Source of the DNA: a virus
Virus record (IMG/VR): IMGVR_UViG_3300022934_000004
DNA: 64,000 nucleotides
Reading direction: 5' to 3' (one strand)
Shown piece after piece: positions 47,265 to 56,756 of this stretch (position 1 is its first letter; each line of letters opens with the position of its first letter). The notes beneath the pieces are model-generated. The model was not told the origin of the DNA and ran no database searches. It worked only from the letters and a program-made list of their open reading frames with translations. Both the position numbers and the translations under genes were made by a program.

Positions 47265-47798
47265 ATGGCAATTCTTAGAATCGAAGATTTCAAATCTCAA
47301 CTTAAAGGTGGCGGTGCACGCCCTAATCTGTTTCAATGTATTATTACATTTCCGCCAGCAGTTAATGCTCAAGGTGATGTAGTAAAAACTGCATTTATGG
47401 CAAAAGCAGCGCAATTACCGGCATCAACGATGTCATCAATTCCTGTTGGATTCCGTGGTAGACAGTTACAAATCGCAGGAGACAGAACCTTTGAACCTTG
47501 GACAGTAACAATTATTAATGACACTGATTTTACTGTAAGAAACTCAATGGAACGTTGGATGAATGCAATTAATGAACATGCAGCCAACACAGGTTTAACA
47601 AATCCAGCTGATTATCAAACTGATCTTTTTGTAGATCAATTGGATAAAGATGGTGTTAAACTAAAATCATATGTAATTAAAAGTGCTTTCCCAACTAATG
47701 TAAGCGCTATTGATTTAGCATATGATACGAACGACACAATTGAAGAGTTCACTGTTGAGTTCCAAATGCAGTACTGGGAGTCAAATACTACTAGTTAA
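47265..47798 (+). CDS. gp19: Tail tube protein
   Basis: GGARPNLF...FRGRQLQIAGDRTFEPWTVT...IEEFTVEF. Confidence 0.96.
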   Translation: MAILRIEDFKSQLKGGGARPNLFQCIITFPPAVNAQGDVVKTAFMAKAAQLPASTMSSIPVGFRGRQLQIAGDRTFEPWTVTIINDTDFTVRNSMERWMNAINEHAANTGLTNPADYQTDLFVDQLDKDGVKLKSYVIKSAFPTNVSAIDLAYDTNDTIEEFTVEFQMQYWESNTTS

Positions 47799-47818
47799 GG
47801 TTGTATAGATAAAATAAA

Positions 47819-47845
47819 GCGGAGAGGGGTTACACCCCTCTCTGT
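47819..47845 (+). terminator. GC-rich stem-loop between gp19 and gp20 (weak terminator or mRNA-stabilising hairpin)
   Basis: GCGGAGAGGGGT-TAC-ACCCCTCTCTGT; no U-tract follows. Confidence 0.5.
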
Positions 47846-47866
47846 AACTGTAATTAGGATAAAAAT

Positions 47867-49369
47867 ATGGCAGAACCAAATAGTGTAAAACTTTTCGGAT
47901 TTGAGATTAGAAGATCTCCTAAAGTTGAAAAGGAAGAAAAGAAAAGAGTTTCTATTGTTCCACCTCAAGACGAGGATGGTTCTGGATATGTCACTTCAGG
48001 TGCAGCTGGCCATTATGGTCAATATGTAGATATTAATGGTGATCAAGCTAAAGACAATGTTCAATTAATTATGAAATACAGAGGGGTTTCAATGCACCCT
48101 GAAGTAGATATGGCTATTGAGGATATTGTAAACGAGTCAATTATTGCTGGTGGCTTAGATCAAACCATAGAAATTAATTTAGATGATGTTGAAATGAAAG
48201 AGACTGTAAAGAAAACTATAAGTGATGAATTTAAAAACGTTTTAAATTTGCTAGATTTTTCAAATAATGGTCATGATATTTTCCGTAGATGGTATACTGA
48301 TGGCAGGCTATATCATCATTTAATTATTGATGATGCAAACCCTAAGCTTGGTATTCAAGAAGCAAGATATATTGATGCTACAAAAATAAGAAAAGTTAAA
48401 GAAGTTAAATCAAAACAAGATCCAAAGACTGGTGCTAAGATAATTGAAAAGGTAGATGAATACTACATTTATCAAGAAAAACCAGGGAAAATGAACACTG
48501 GTGTTAAAATTTCTTCTGATGCTATTAGTTATATTACATCAGGTGTTTTAGATGAAACTAGAAAAAAGGTTGTTTCACATTTACATAAAGCTGTGAAACC
48601 AGTAAATCAATTAAGAATGATGGAAGACTCATTGGTCATCTATCGTTTAGCACGTGCTCCAGAACGTAGAATATTCTATATTGATGTTGGTAATTTGCCT
48701 AAGGGTAAAGCTGAGGAGTATATGCAAAACATCATGGCAAAGTATCGTAACAAGCTTGTCTATGATGCAAATTCTGGAGCAATAAAAGATGATCGTAAGC
48801 ATATGTCTATGCTTGAAGATTTTTGGCTACCACGGAAAGAAGGTGGTAGAGGCACTGAAATTTCTACTCTCCCAGGCGGTGAAAACTTAGGCCAAATAGA
48901 AGATATTATCTATTTCCAAAAACGTGTATATCGTGCTTTAAATGTTCCAGTAAATAGATTAGAACAAGAATCAGGTTTTAATCTTGGTCGGGCTACTGAA
49001 ATTTCAAGAGATGAAATAAAATTTCAGAAATTTATTGACAGATTACGTCGTAGATTCTCTGGTTTATTTTTAGATATGTTACGTAAAAATCTCTTGTTAA
49101 AAAACATCATTACTGAAGAAGATTGGAACTCTTGGAAATATGATATTAAAGTAGATTTTGCTTTAGATAATCATTTCTCAGAATTAAAAGATACAGAGAT
49201 TATGAGAGAACGCTTAACAAGTTTAGATCAAATATCTCAATATGTTGGTATGTATTTCTCCAGAGATTATGTAATGAAAAATATTTTACATTTTAGTGAT
49301 GAAGACATTACTGAAATGGATAAGCAAATCAAAGCGGAACCTGATATGGAACCGCCTGAAGAAAATTAA
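47867..49369 (+). CDS. gp20: Portal protein
   Basis: NQLRMMEDSLVIYRLARAPERRIFYIDVGNLPK...EDFWLPRKEGGRGTEISTLPGG. Confidence 0.97.
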   Translation: MAEPNSVKLFGFEIRRSPKVEKEEKKRVSIVPPQDEDGSGYVTSGAAGHYGQYVDINGDQAKDNVQLIMKYRGVSMHPEVDMAIEDIVNESIIAGGLDQTIEINLDDVEMKETVKKTISDEFKNVLNLLDFSNNGHDIFRRWYTDGRLYHHLIIDDANPKLGIQEARYIDATKIRKVKEVKSKQDPKTGAKIIEKVDEYYIYQEKPGKMNTGVKISSDAISYITSGVLDETRKKVVSHLHKAVKPVNQLRMMEDSLVIYRLARAPERRIFYIDVGNLPKGKAEEYMQNIMAKYRNKLVYDANSGAIKDDRKHMSMLEDFWLPRKEGGRGTEISTLPGGENLGQIEDIIYFQKRVYRALNVPVNRLEQESGFNLGRATEISRDEIKFQKFIDRLRRRFSGLFLDMLRKNLLLKNIITEEDWNSWKYDIKVDFALDNHFSELKDTEIMRERLTSLDQISQYVGMYFSRDYVMKNILHFSDEDITEMDKQIKAEPDMEPPEEN

Positions 49370-49397
49370 TATTCTAATAGTTAGAAAACTATTTTTA

Positions 49398-49405
49398 TAT
49401 AAATA
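49398..49405 (+). promoter_or_regulatory. T4-type late promoter TATAAATA
   Basis: Exact consensus, with a second GATAAATA at 49409-49416 before the AGGAG Shine-Dalgarno. Confidence 0.8.
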
Positions 49406-49426
49406 ATTGATAAATAGGAGATAATA

Positions 49427-49759
49427 ATGGAAGATATGAATAATTTTATTGATGCTATGGTTCAAAAAGATTATGCCCAAGCCAATGGTATATTCAATGA
49501 ACTAATGGGTCAAAAAATTGATACTGCTTTGGACGCTGAAAAAATCAACGTGGCAGCGCAAGTATTTAATGATGTTGAGCCAGAAGACGATGATGTCAGT
49601 GATGAAGAAATTGAAGCAATTGCTGATGAAGCTATCGAAGATGAAGAGGAATGGGAAGATGACGCCGACTACGCCGAAGACGACGACAATATTGAAGATG
49701 TCGAAGAAGAAGGTGAACATCTTGAAGCAGAAGACGAATTCGAGGATGAAGAAGTTTAG
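49427..49759 (+). CDS. Acidic prohead core protein, gp67-like
   Basis: Highly acidic 110-aa ORF directly after the portal gene, the gp67 position in T4. Confidence 0.6.
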   Translation: MEDMNNFIDAMVQKDYAQANGIFNELMGQKIDTALDAEKINVAAQVFNDVEPEDDDVSDEEIEAIADEAIEDEEEWEDDADYAEDDDNIEDVEEEGEHLEAEDEFEDEEV

Positions 49760-49934
49760 TGATTTTCGAGAGCAAGTCATATTTAATAAGAAGATTGATA
49801 GAGTTTCTGTCAAGATTCAAAAGAAAGGTAATAAATTTGTAGCATATGTAGATGGTGACATGTTAGATACATACTCATCTGAAAAAGAAGCTAAGAAAAT
49901 GGCTACAACATTTATTAAACAATATAAAGGTTAA
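49746..49934 (+). CDS. Small basic protein at the gp68 position
   Basis: MKKFSDFREQ... from the ATG at 49746; the upstream part of the 49518 ORF merely overlaps the gp67-like gene. Confidence 0.55.
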   Translation: MKKFSDFREQVIFNKKIDRVSVKIQKKGNKFVAYVDGDMLDTYSSEKEAKKMATTFIKQYKG

Positions 49935-49938
49935 AACA

Positions 49939-50595
49939 ATGAAGCTTATTGCAGAATATATTGATCAAGAAATTGGATACGTTACTGAAGCAAAAGGTGA
50001 CGGTAGTAAATCATATACTATTGAAGGTATATTTGCACAAGCTGAAGGTAAAAATCGTAACGGTAGAGTATATCCAAAGGCTGTTATGGAATCAGCCGTT
50101 GACAAATACGTTACGGAACAAGTTAATACTAAGAGAGCTGTTGGTGAATTAAACCATCCAGATGGTCCAACAGTAAACTTAGATAAAGTTTCTCATCGCA
50201 TTACAGAACTTGATTGGGATGGTAATAATGTGATGGGCAAAGCGCTTATATTAGACACACCGATGGGTAATATCGTAAAAGGTTTATTAGAGGGTGGTGT
50301 ACAACTGGGCGTTTCAACTCGTGGTATGGGAAGTCTTGAGCAAAGGAACAATGCAATGTATGTTAAGGATGATTTTATGCTTAACACTGTTGACATCGTT
50401 CAAGATCCATCTGCACCTGATGCATTTGTTAATGGGATTATGGAAGGTGTTGAATGGGTTTGGAATAATGGAATTATTCAAGCACAAGAAATTGAAAGAA
50501 TGGAGACTGAAATTAAACAAGCTCCGCGTACTTACTCTTATGAGACACAAGTTCGTGAGTTCAAAAATTTCCTCTCGTTACTGAAAAATAAATAA
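49939..50595 (+). CDS. gp21: Prohead protease
   Basis: IEGIFAQAE.KNRNGRVY, GELNHP, GVSTRGMGSL and DIVQDPSAPDAFV. Confidence 0.96.
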   Translation: MKLIAEYIDQEIGYVTEAKGDGSKSYTIEGIFAQAEGKNRNGRVYPKAVMESAVDKYVTEQVNTKRAVGELNHPDGPTVNLDKVSHRITELDWDGNNVMGKALILDTPMGNIVKGLLEGGVQLGVSTRGMGSLEQRNNAMYVKDDFMLNTVDIVQDPSAPDAFVNGIMEGVEWVWNNGIIQAQEIERMETEIKQAPRTYSYETQVREFKNFLSLLKNK

Positions 50596-50605
50596 GGAGT
50601 CAAGC

Positions 50606-51580
50606 ATGACTGATCAAATCGAAGAGCATGATCTTGAGCTCAATGAAAACGAGGAAATCGTTGATGAAGCTCACGATCCTAAAAATGCGGAAAGCCAGAG
50701 TGTAGCTTCTGTGGATGCGGCTGGATCTAAAACCGGTACTGCTAAAAAGCGTAAAGGTGATAAGTCCAATTCTGAAAAAGCAGATAAACATACTCCAGGT
50801 GATCCTGATAAACACACAGCAAGCGTAAGAGATGCTGGTGCACAACCAAAAGAAGATTACGATTTTTCTGATGATTTAAGTGCACTTATTTCTGAAGAAG
50901 CAACTCTATCTGAGGGTTTCAAAGATAAAGCAGCTCTAATTTTCGAAGCAGCAATTAATTCTAAAGTTGCCGCTGAAGTAAATCGCTTGGAAGAGCAGTA
51001 CGAAGAACAATTGTCAGAAGCTTTAAAAACCGAAAAAGAAGAAATGGTTGAAAAAGTAGATGGCTATTTGAACTACGTAGTTGAACAATGGATGGAAGAT
51101 AATAAACTTGCAATCCAAAACGGTCTACGTGCAGAAATTGCTGAGAACTTTATGAGCCAGTTGAAAGACTTGTTTGTAGAATCTCACATTGATGTACCAG
51201 ACGAAAAAGTTGACCTAGTTGACGACCTATCTGAGCATGCAGAAGAACTAGAAGAAGCACTTAACAAAGAGATCGAAACATCTATTGCGTTGAAAGAAGC
51301 CTTAGAAGCTCTTCAGCGTAAAGATATTCTCCGCGAAGCTTCCAAAGAACTTGCAGATACTCAAGCTGCTAAGCTTGAAGATTTGGCTGAAGGTGTTGAA
51401 TTTGAATCAGCAGAGAAATTTGCTGAAAAAGTTGCAACATTAAAAGAGTCATATTTCAAATCTGAAAACAAAACCTCTGAGTCTATGACTGAAGAAGTTG
51501 AGGACGATGAAGGTACTGTTGAAGAAGTATCAGAAGCAATGAGCCAGTATGTCTCAGCTCTCAAAAGAACTCATAAATAA
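50606..51580 (+). CDS. gp22: Prohead core scaffold protein
   Basis: LSEGFKDKAALIFEAA...VDGYLNYVVEQWMEDN...LKESYF. Confidence 0.93.
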   Translation: MTDQIEEHDLELNENEEIVDEAHDPKNAESQSVASVDAAGSKTGTAKKRKGDKSNSEKADKHTPGDPDKHTASVRDAGAQPKEDYDFSDDLSALISEEATLSEGFKDKAALIFEAAINSKVAAEVNRLEEQYEEQLSEALKTEKEEMVEKVDGYLNYVVEQWMEDNKLAIQNGLRAEIAENFMSQLKDLFVESHIDVPDEKVDLVDDLSEHAEELEEALNKEIETSIALKEALEALQRKDILREASKELADTQAAKLEDLAEGVEFESAEKFAEKVATLKESYFKSENKTSESMTEEVEDDEGTVEEVSEAMSQYVSALKRTHK

Positions 51581-51591
51581 GGGAAATACAA

Positions 51592-52923
51592 ATGGAAAAT
51601 AATATCCAATACCAAGCAATGATGGAAAAGTGGGCTCCTGTTCTTAACGAGGAATCTGCTGGAAACATCAAAGACGCCCATCGTCGCGCGGTGACTGCAA
51701 TGGTTCTTGAGAACCAAGAAAAAGCACTTCGCGAAGAAGGTCTGATTGCAGAAGCAGTTCCAGGAAATAACACTACTTCCGCTGCTAACTGGAATCCAAT
51801 TCTAATCTCACTTGTACGTCGTGCAATGCCAAACATGATGGCATACGATGTATGTGGTGTTCAGCCAATGACTGGCCCAACTGGCTTGATCTTCGCAATG
51901 AAGTCACGCTACGATGGCGGTGATACTTCAAATACTGAAGCACTATTTAACGAAGCAGACACTAAATTCTCTGGTGATTCTTCTGCTACACACGGTGCTG
52001 ATGGTTCTGGTCTATCTGGTCTAACCGACTCAAACTCTGACTCTTCTATCGATAATGATAGAACTGGTCCAAGCTTTGGTGGCGGTATGGATACAGCAGA
52101 CGCTGAAGGACTTGGTTCATCTGGTGCCGGTCCAGCATCTTCTTTCAACGAAATGGGTTTCACCATTGAAAAAGCAACTGTGACTGCGAAGTCACGTGCG
52201 TTGAAAGCAGAGTACAGCCTAGAGCTTGCTCAAGATCTTAAAGCAATCCACGGGTTGGATGCTGAGACAGAATTAGCAAACATTCTGTCAACTGAGATCT
52301 TGGCTGAAATCAACCGCGAAGTAATTCGTACAATCAACAGCCAAGCTAAAACTGGTGCAGGTACTGCTAACACTGCAATCAATGGTATCTTCGATCTTTC
52401 TACAGATGCAGATGGCCGTTGGTCAGTTGAGAAGTTCAAAGGCTTGATCGTTCAACTAGAGCGTGAAGCAAACACAATCGCAAAAGAAACTCGTAGAGGT
52501 CGTGGTAACTTTATCATCACTTCTTCTGATGTTGCTTCTGCATTGTCTGCAACAGGTATGTTGGATTACGCACCAGCGCTATCTACAAACTTGAATGTTG
52601 ACGACACAGGCAACACATTTGCTGGTGTTCTTAACGGTCGTACTCGTGTATACATCGACCCATATGCAACTGTTGATTATATCACAGTTGGATACAAAGG
52701 TACTAACCCATATGACGCAGGCGTATTCTACTGCCCATACGTTCCACTAACAATGGTACGTGCTGTTGGGGAAGAAACCTTCCAACCAAAAATTGGTTTC
52801 AAAACTCGTTACGGCATGGTTTCAAACCCATTCGTAGGTGCAACACCATCAGATGGTCTAGCAGCAGCGAAATCAAACCAATACTACAGAATCTTCCGTG
52901 TCGACAATATCTTGACTACGTAG
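51592..52923 (+). CDS. gp23: Major capsid protein
   Basis: EKWAPVL, LISLVRRAMPN, GVQPMTGPTGLIFAM, KSRALKAEYSLELAQDLKAIHGLDAE and FQPKIGFKTRYG. Confidence 0.98.
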   Translation: MENNIQYQAMMEKWAPVLNEESAGNIKDAHRRAVTAMVLENQEKALREEGLIAEAVPGNNTTSAANWNPILISLVRRAMPNMMAYDVCGVQPMTGPTGLIFAMKSRYDGGDTSNTEALFNEADTKFSGDSSATHGADGSGLSGLTDSNSDSSIDNDRTGPSFGGGMDTADAEGLGSSGAGPASSFNEMGFTIEKATVTAKSRALKAEYSLELAQDLKAIHGLDAETELANILSTEILAEINREVIRTINSQAKTGAGTANTAINGIFDLSTDADGRWSVEKFKGLIVQLEREANTIAKETRRGRGNFIITSSDVASALSATGMLDYAPALSTNLNVDDTGNTFAGVLNGRTRVYIDPYATVDYITVGYKGTNPYDAGVFYCPYVPLTMVRAVGEETFQPKIGFKTRYGMVSNPFVGATPSDGLAAAKSNQYYRIFRVDNILTT

Positions 52924-52954
52924 GAATAATAAAAATAATAATAACAAAACTTTT

Positions 52955-52979
52955 GGGGCCAAATTTGGCCCCTTTTTTT
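52955..52979 (+). terminator. Rho-independent terminator after gp23
   Basis: GGGGCCAAATTTGGCCCC palindrome followed by seven T. Confidence 0.9.
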
Positions 52980-52982
52980 CTG

Positions 52983-52990
52983 TATAAATA
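52983..52990 (+). promoter_or_regulatory. T4-type late promoter TATAAATA
   Basis: Exact consensus just after the gp23 terminator and upstream of gp3. Confidence 0.85.
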
Positions 52991-53012
52991 AAACAGAATA
53001 GCGAGGTGATTC

Positions 53013-53513
53013 ATGGCCGAAATAACTAAAAATATAAATTTATTACAAGCTACACAATTTCAGATTTCAATTGATCGAAATTATGGCAATTTAACATATT
53101 TTGTCCAGAATGTAAACCATCCTGGTGCTTCAGTTAATCCCGTAACTATGCCAATTCCTAGAGTTTCTTCAATATCTCTAACAGGAGATACGTTAACAAC
53201 TGATGAATTATCAATGGATGTGTTAGTTGATGAAGACATGAGTTCATACGTAGAAATGTATAATTGGCTCATACAATCAGTGCAATCAAATTATGAAACA
53301 CCAAGTTCTAGAGATCCGGACTCTACATTTGTACCTGAAGCCGACATTACATTGTTAGTAATGTCTAGTCATAATAATGTAGTTAGAAGAATTAAATATA
53401 TAGATTGTGTACCAGTTTCAATTGGTACAATTTCTTTCCAATCTACATTAACAGAACCAACTCCCTTAACCTTTCCAATAACATTTAGAACAACACATTT
53501 TGAAATAAACTAA
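53013..53513 (+). CDS. gp3: Tail tube terminator / tail completion protein gp3-like
   Basis: YFVQNVNHPG...GDTL...LVDEDMSSYVEMYNW...DITL...DCVP; usual position after gp23. Confidence 0.85.
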   Translation: MAEITKNINLLQATQFQISIDRNYGNLTYFVQNVNHPGASVNPVTMPIPRVSSISLTGDTLTTDELSMDVLVDEDMSSYVEMYNWLIQSVQSNYETPSSRDPDSTFVPEADITLLVMSSHNNVVRRIKYIDCVPVSIGTISFQSTLTEPTPLTFPITFRTTHFEIN

Positions 53514-53523
53514 GAGATATAAC

Positions 53524-54393
53524 ATGAGTGAAAAAGAAATTCAGTATGGACCACGTGTAGTCGATGAGTATGTTAGACTATATAGAGCAATGATAGTGTG
53601 GTGTAATCAAAGAACTGGCGGTGGCAGATTTTTTGAATGGATGACAGTTGAACATCATAAGCTTACTATATGGAATGACTTATTTGATGCAGTAGAAAAA
53701 GCAGGATATACTATCAATAGAGATGACATGAGTGATACTATCTTTGATCCTGTTCATGGCGTTTTTAGAAACGTTTATGAGCAATACGAAAAAGATAAAG
53801 ATTATCAAAAATTGTCACGCGCTGTTGCTATGATTCTTTGGCATCGGCCTTCATTTAGAATTATAAATGAATATACCCCTGATACACTATGTCAATTAAT
53901 TATACAAAAAGCAAATGATTATCATTATAGCAATATTTTCATATATAGACGTAATGCCATGAATCGTTTACTATCTTTATATTGGGCTGAAGAAAGTCAA
54001 AATTGGACTGAAAATAATTGGGCGGTTTCTGATTTAAATATATCTAAATGGAAACCAGAAGAACCAGATGAAAAAAGATTAAACCAATTAAGAGATCAAG
54101 AAGTAAAAACTAGAGAAAAAAATATCATGGTTTGGCGATGGATGGGTAGATTTGGCTGTCGATACTCATCAACCTCATACGAAGATTTATATCAAGTCGG
54201 TGGTGATATGACAATTCTTCATATTACTTTTAGATGGCTGTTTTATAATATTTGGGACTTCATGAGTTTGCAAGAAAAAGGTCATATAGGCGATAATAAA
54301 TATTATATAAAGATGGATGCTTATGACAAATTAGAAGAATTGTTAAAGCACGAGCATCGGCCAACTTTTTCTAATATGCATGTAGAGGTTTAA
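53524..54393 (+). CDS. Putative PAPS-dependent sulfotransferase (Stf0-like)
   Basis: IVWCNQRTGG resembles the 5'-PSB loop; IFIYRRNAMNRLLSLYWAEESQNW resembles the 3'-PB R-x7-S motif; SYEDL further downstream. Confidence 0.55.
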   Translation: MSEKEIQYGPRVVDEYVRLYRAMIVWCNQRTGGGRFFEWMTVEHHKLTIWNDLFDAVEKAGYTINRDDMSDTIFDPVHGVFRNVYEQYEKDKDYQKLSRAVAMILWHRPSFRIINEYTPDTLCQLIIQKANDYHYSNIFIYRRNAMNRLLSLYWAEESQNWTENNWAVSDLNISKWKPEEPDEKRLNQLRDQEVKTREKNIMVWRWMGRFGCRYSSTSYEDLYQVGGDMTILHITFRWLFYNIWDFMSLQEKGHIGDNKYYIKMDAYDKLEELLKHEHRPTFSNMHVEV

Positions 54394-54839
54394 TGATAAA
54401 TTTAGATAATGTATTGAGTGATTGGAAAACTGATAGCGTTATTAATCAAAATGATTTAGCAAGATCTTCGGTAGACACCGCAACACTCCACGCGAAATAT
54501 TTACAGTTGTTAGCTATAGCAAAATTGCGATTGAAAAAAGTAAAGCTAGAGCAAAAAATTCTATTAAAACAAAAATGGAAATATTATAATGGAAAAATGG
54601 ACCAGTCCGAAATAGAAAAATTAGGATGGGATTACGATCCATTTGAAGGCTTAAAGGTAATGAAAGGTGAAATGGATTACTATTATGATTCAGATGTAGA
54701 AATCCAAAGAAGTGAAGAAAAAATTGAATATTGTAAAACATTAGTAGAAACTTTGCACGAAATAGTAGAAACTTTAAGATGGCGACACCAAACAATTGGA
54801 AATATAATTAAGTGGAAACAATTCGAAAGTGGTGGATAA
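54393..54839 (+). CDS. uvsY: Recombination mediator UvsY
   Basis: WKTDSVI...LHAKYL...KWKYYNGK...IGNIIKWKQFESG. Confidence 0.9.
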   Translation: MINLDNVLSDWKTDSVINQNDLARSSVDTATLHAKYLQLLAIAKLRLKKVKLEQKILLKQKWKYYNGKMDQSEIEKLGWDYDPFEGLKVMKGEMDYYYDSDVEIQRSEEKIEYCKTLVETLHEIVETLRWRHQTIGNIIKWKQFESGG

Positions 54840-56340
54840 ATTAATCATACAAAAGAAAAATGAAAGCATTATGCTTGTAGGCTGTGATTTTGGTATTGCT
54901 GCTGAATTAAGTGAGTTTTTTTCTTTCTTTGTTCCTGGATATAAATTCATGCCTGCGTTTAGAAATAAAGTGTGGGATGGAAAGATAAGATTATTTAATG
55001 CTCAAACACACGAGTTAGCATTAGGATTATTACCATATGTAAAAGACTTTTGCAAAAAACGTAATTATGAAATTGAATATGAAGATGGTCCATATGGTCC
55101 ACCTGAAAATTTTAATAATATAAATCCAAAAGAAATCATGTCTTTTATAAAAAGTTTAGACTTACGTAGCCGTAATGAAGAAATAGAAATAAGAGACTAT
55201 CAGTTTAATGCTATATGTGAAGGAATTAGAAGAAAGAGAGCTGTACTCTTATCTCCAACTGGATCTGGTAAATCTCTCGTTATTTACGCTTTAATGAGGT
55301 GGTACTTACATAATTACGATCAAAAGGTTTTAATTATAGTACCAACAACTTCTCTTGTTAGACAAATGTATTCAGACTTTGAAGATTATTCTTCAGCAGA
55401 TCAGTCTTGGATACCAAATGATGAGTGTCATGTGATTTACTCTGGTCAACCAAAGATAAATATAAATGAAAGGGTGTTTATTAGTACATGGCAATCCATA
55501 TATAAATTACCACCAACGTGGTTTGAACAATTTGGAATTGTGTTTGGTGATGAGTGTCATGGATTTAAATCTAAATCTTTAACTTCGATTATGAACAAAT
55601 CACGTAATGCATCCTATAGGTTTGGAACTACTGGCACTCTCGATGGAACACAGACCCACCAATTGGTACTAGAAGGGTTATTTGGTAAACTATTAAAGGT
55701 TACAACCACAAAGCAGTTACAAGATGAAAATACTCTCGCTGATTTAAATATTTCAATGATAGTTTTTAAACACAGTGAAGAGACTCGAAAAAACTTTGGC
55801 CAATTATCATATCGCGATGAAATTGAACATTTAATTACTGATAAAAAAAGAAACACATTTATTAGAAATTTAGCATTAAAGCAAAAGGGAAACACATTAG
55901 TTTTATTTCAATTTGTTCAAAAGCATGGTAAAGTTTTATTTGATATGATAGAATCTAAAGCTGAAGAAGGTAGAAAAATTTTCTTTGTTTCTGGAAATAC
56001 GGAAGCTTCTGACAGAGAAGCAATTAGAAAAATTACAGAAGGACAAAAAAATGCGATCATCGTGGCCTCCTTGGGAACTTTTAGCACTGGTATTAATATA
56101 CGCAATCTTCATAATATCATATTCGCTAGTCCAAGTAAGTCACAAATTAAAGTCTTACAATCAATCGGAAGAGGACTTAGGAAATCTGATGACGGTGCAG
56201 CCGCAAAATTATTCGACCTTGCAGATGACTTACATTGGAAAAACAGAAAAAACTATTCACTATTACATGGGATAGAAAGATTAAAAATATATAAAAAAGA
56301 GAAATTCAAATATAAAATATATGAAGTGGAAGTTGAATGA
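54829..56340 (+). CDS. uvsW: RNA-DNA/DNA helicase UvsW
   Basis: WDGKIRLF, RDYQ, SPTGSGKS, DECH, GTTGT and QSIGRGLR. Confidence 0.96.
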   Translation: MVDKLIIQKKNESIMLVGCDFGIAAELSEFFSFFVPGYKFMPAFRNKVWDGKIRLFNAQTHELALGLLPYVKDFCKKRNYEIEYEDGPYGPPENFNNINPKEIMSFIKSLDLRSRNEEIEIRDYQFNAICEGIRRKRAVLLSPTGSGKSLVIYALMRWYLHNYDQKVLIIVPTTSLVRQMYSDFEDYSSADQSWIPNDECHVIYSGQPKININERVFISTWQSIYKLPPTWFEQFGIVFGDECHGFKSKSLTSIMNKSRNASYRFGTTGTLDGTQTHQLVLEGLFGKLLKVTTTKQLQDENTLADLNISMIVFKHSEETRKNFGQLSYRDEIEHLITDKKRNTFIRNLALKQKGNTLVLFQFVQKHGKVLFDMIESKAEEGRKIFFVSGNTEASDREAIRKITEGQKNAIIVASLGTFSTGINIRNLHNIIFASPSKSQIKVLQSIGRGLRKSDDGAAAKLFDLADDLHWKNRKNYSLLHGIERLKIYKKEKFKYKIYEVEVE

Positions 56341-56756
56341 TTCGACAATTTAAATTTACAAATGGCGAAGAAATTATATGTGAAGTAGTTTCAAGTGAGC
56401 CAGACGAAGATGAAATCATTGCACGCTTTTGCTTTAAAATTTTAAAATTAGAAGCTGCTCATGACATAACGTATTATTCTTTTAGACCTTGGATGATGCT
56501 AAAAGATGAATTAGAAGAACCAGTTTCTATTAATGCTTATCATATAGTTGCAATGGCAAATCCATCTTCAGAAATGCTTAAAGAATATAAGCAAGCTCTC
56601 ATAAGATTTAAAACAGAAGATGAAGCCGCCGGCGGATCAATGAATATAGATGAAGCAATGGACAAACTTGCAGCGTCGTTAGAGGACATAGATAATTTAG
56701 AAGAATCAAATGGAAACGTAATAGAATTTCCGTTTGACAAAGATAAACTACACTAG
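56337..56756 (+). CDS. Conserved hypothetical protein (Sm-like N-terminus) between uvsW and gp55
   Basis: FKFTNGEEIICEV...RPWM pattern, typical at this locus. Confidence 0.6.
   Translation: MIRQFKFTNGEEIICEVVSSEPDEDEIIARFCFKILKLEAAHDITYYSFRPWMMLKDELEEPVSINAYHIVAMANPSSEMLKEYKQALIRFKTEDEAAGGSMNIDEAMDKLAASLEDIDNLEESNGNVIEFPFDKDKLH

Noticed and set aside
49518-49745. N-terminal extension of the 138-aa ORF 49518..49934
   Set aside because: It overlaps the acidic gp67-like gene in another frame; the ATG at 49746 gives a more plausible protein.
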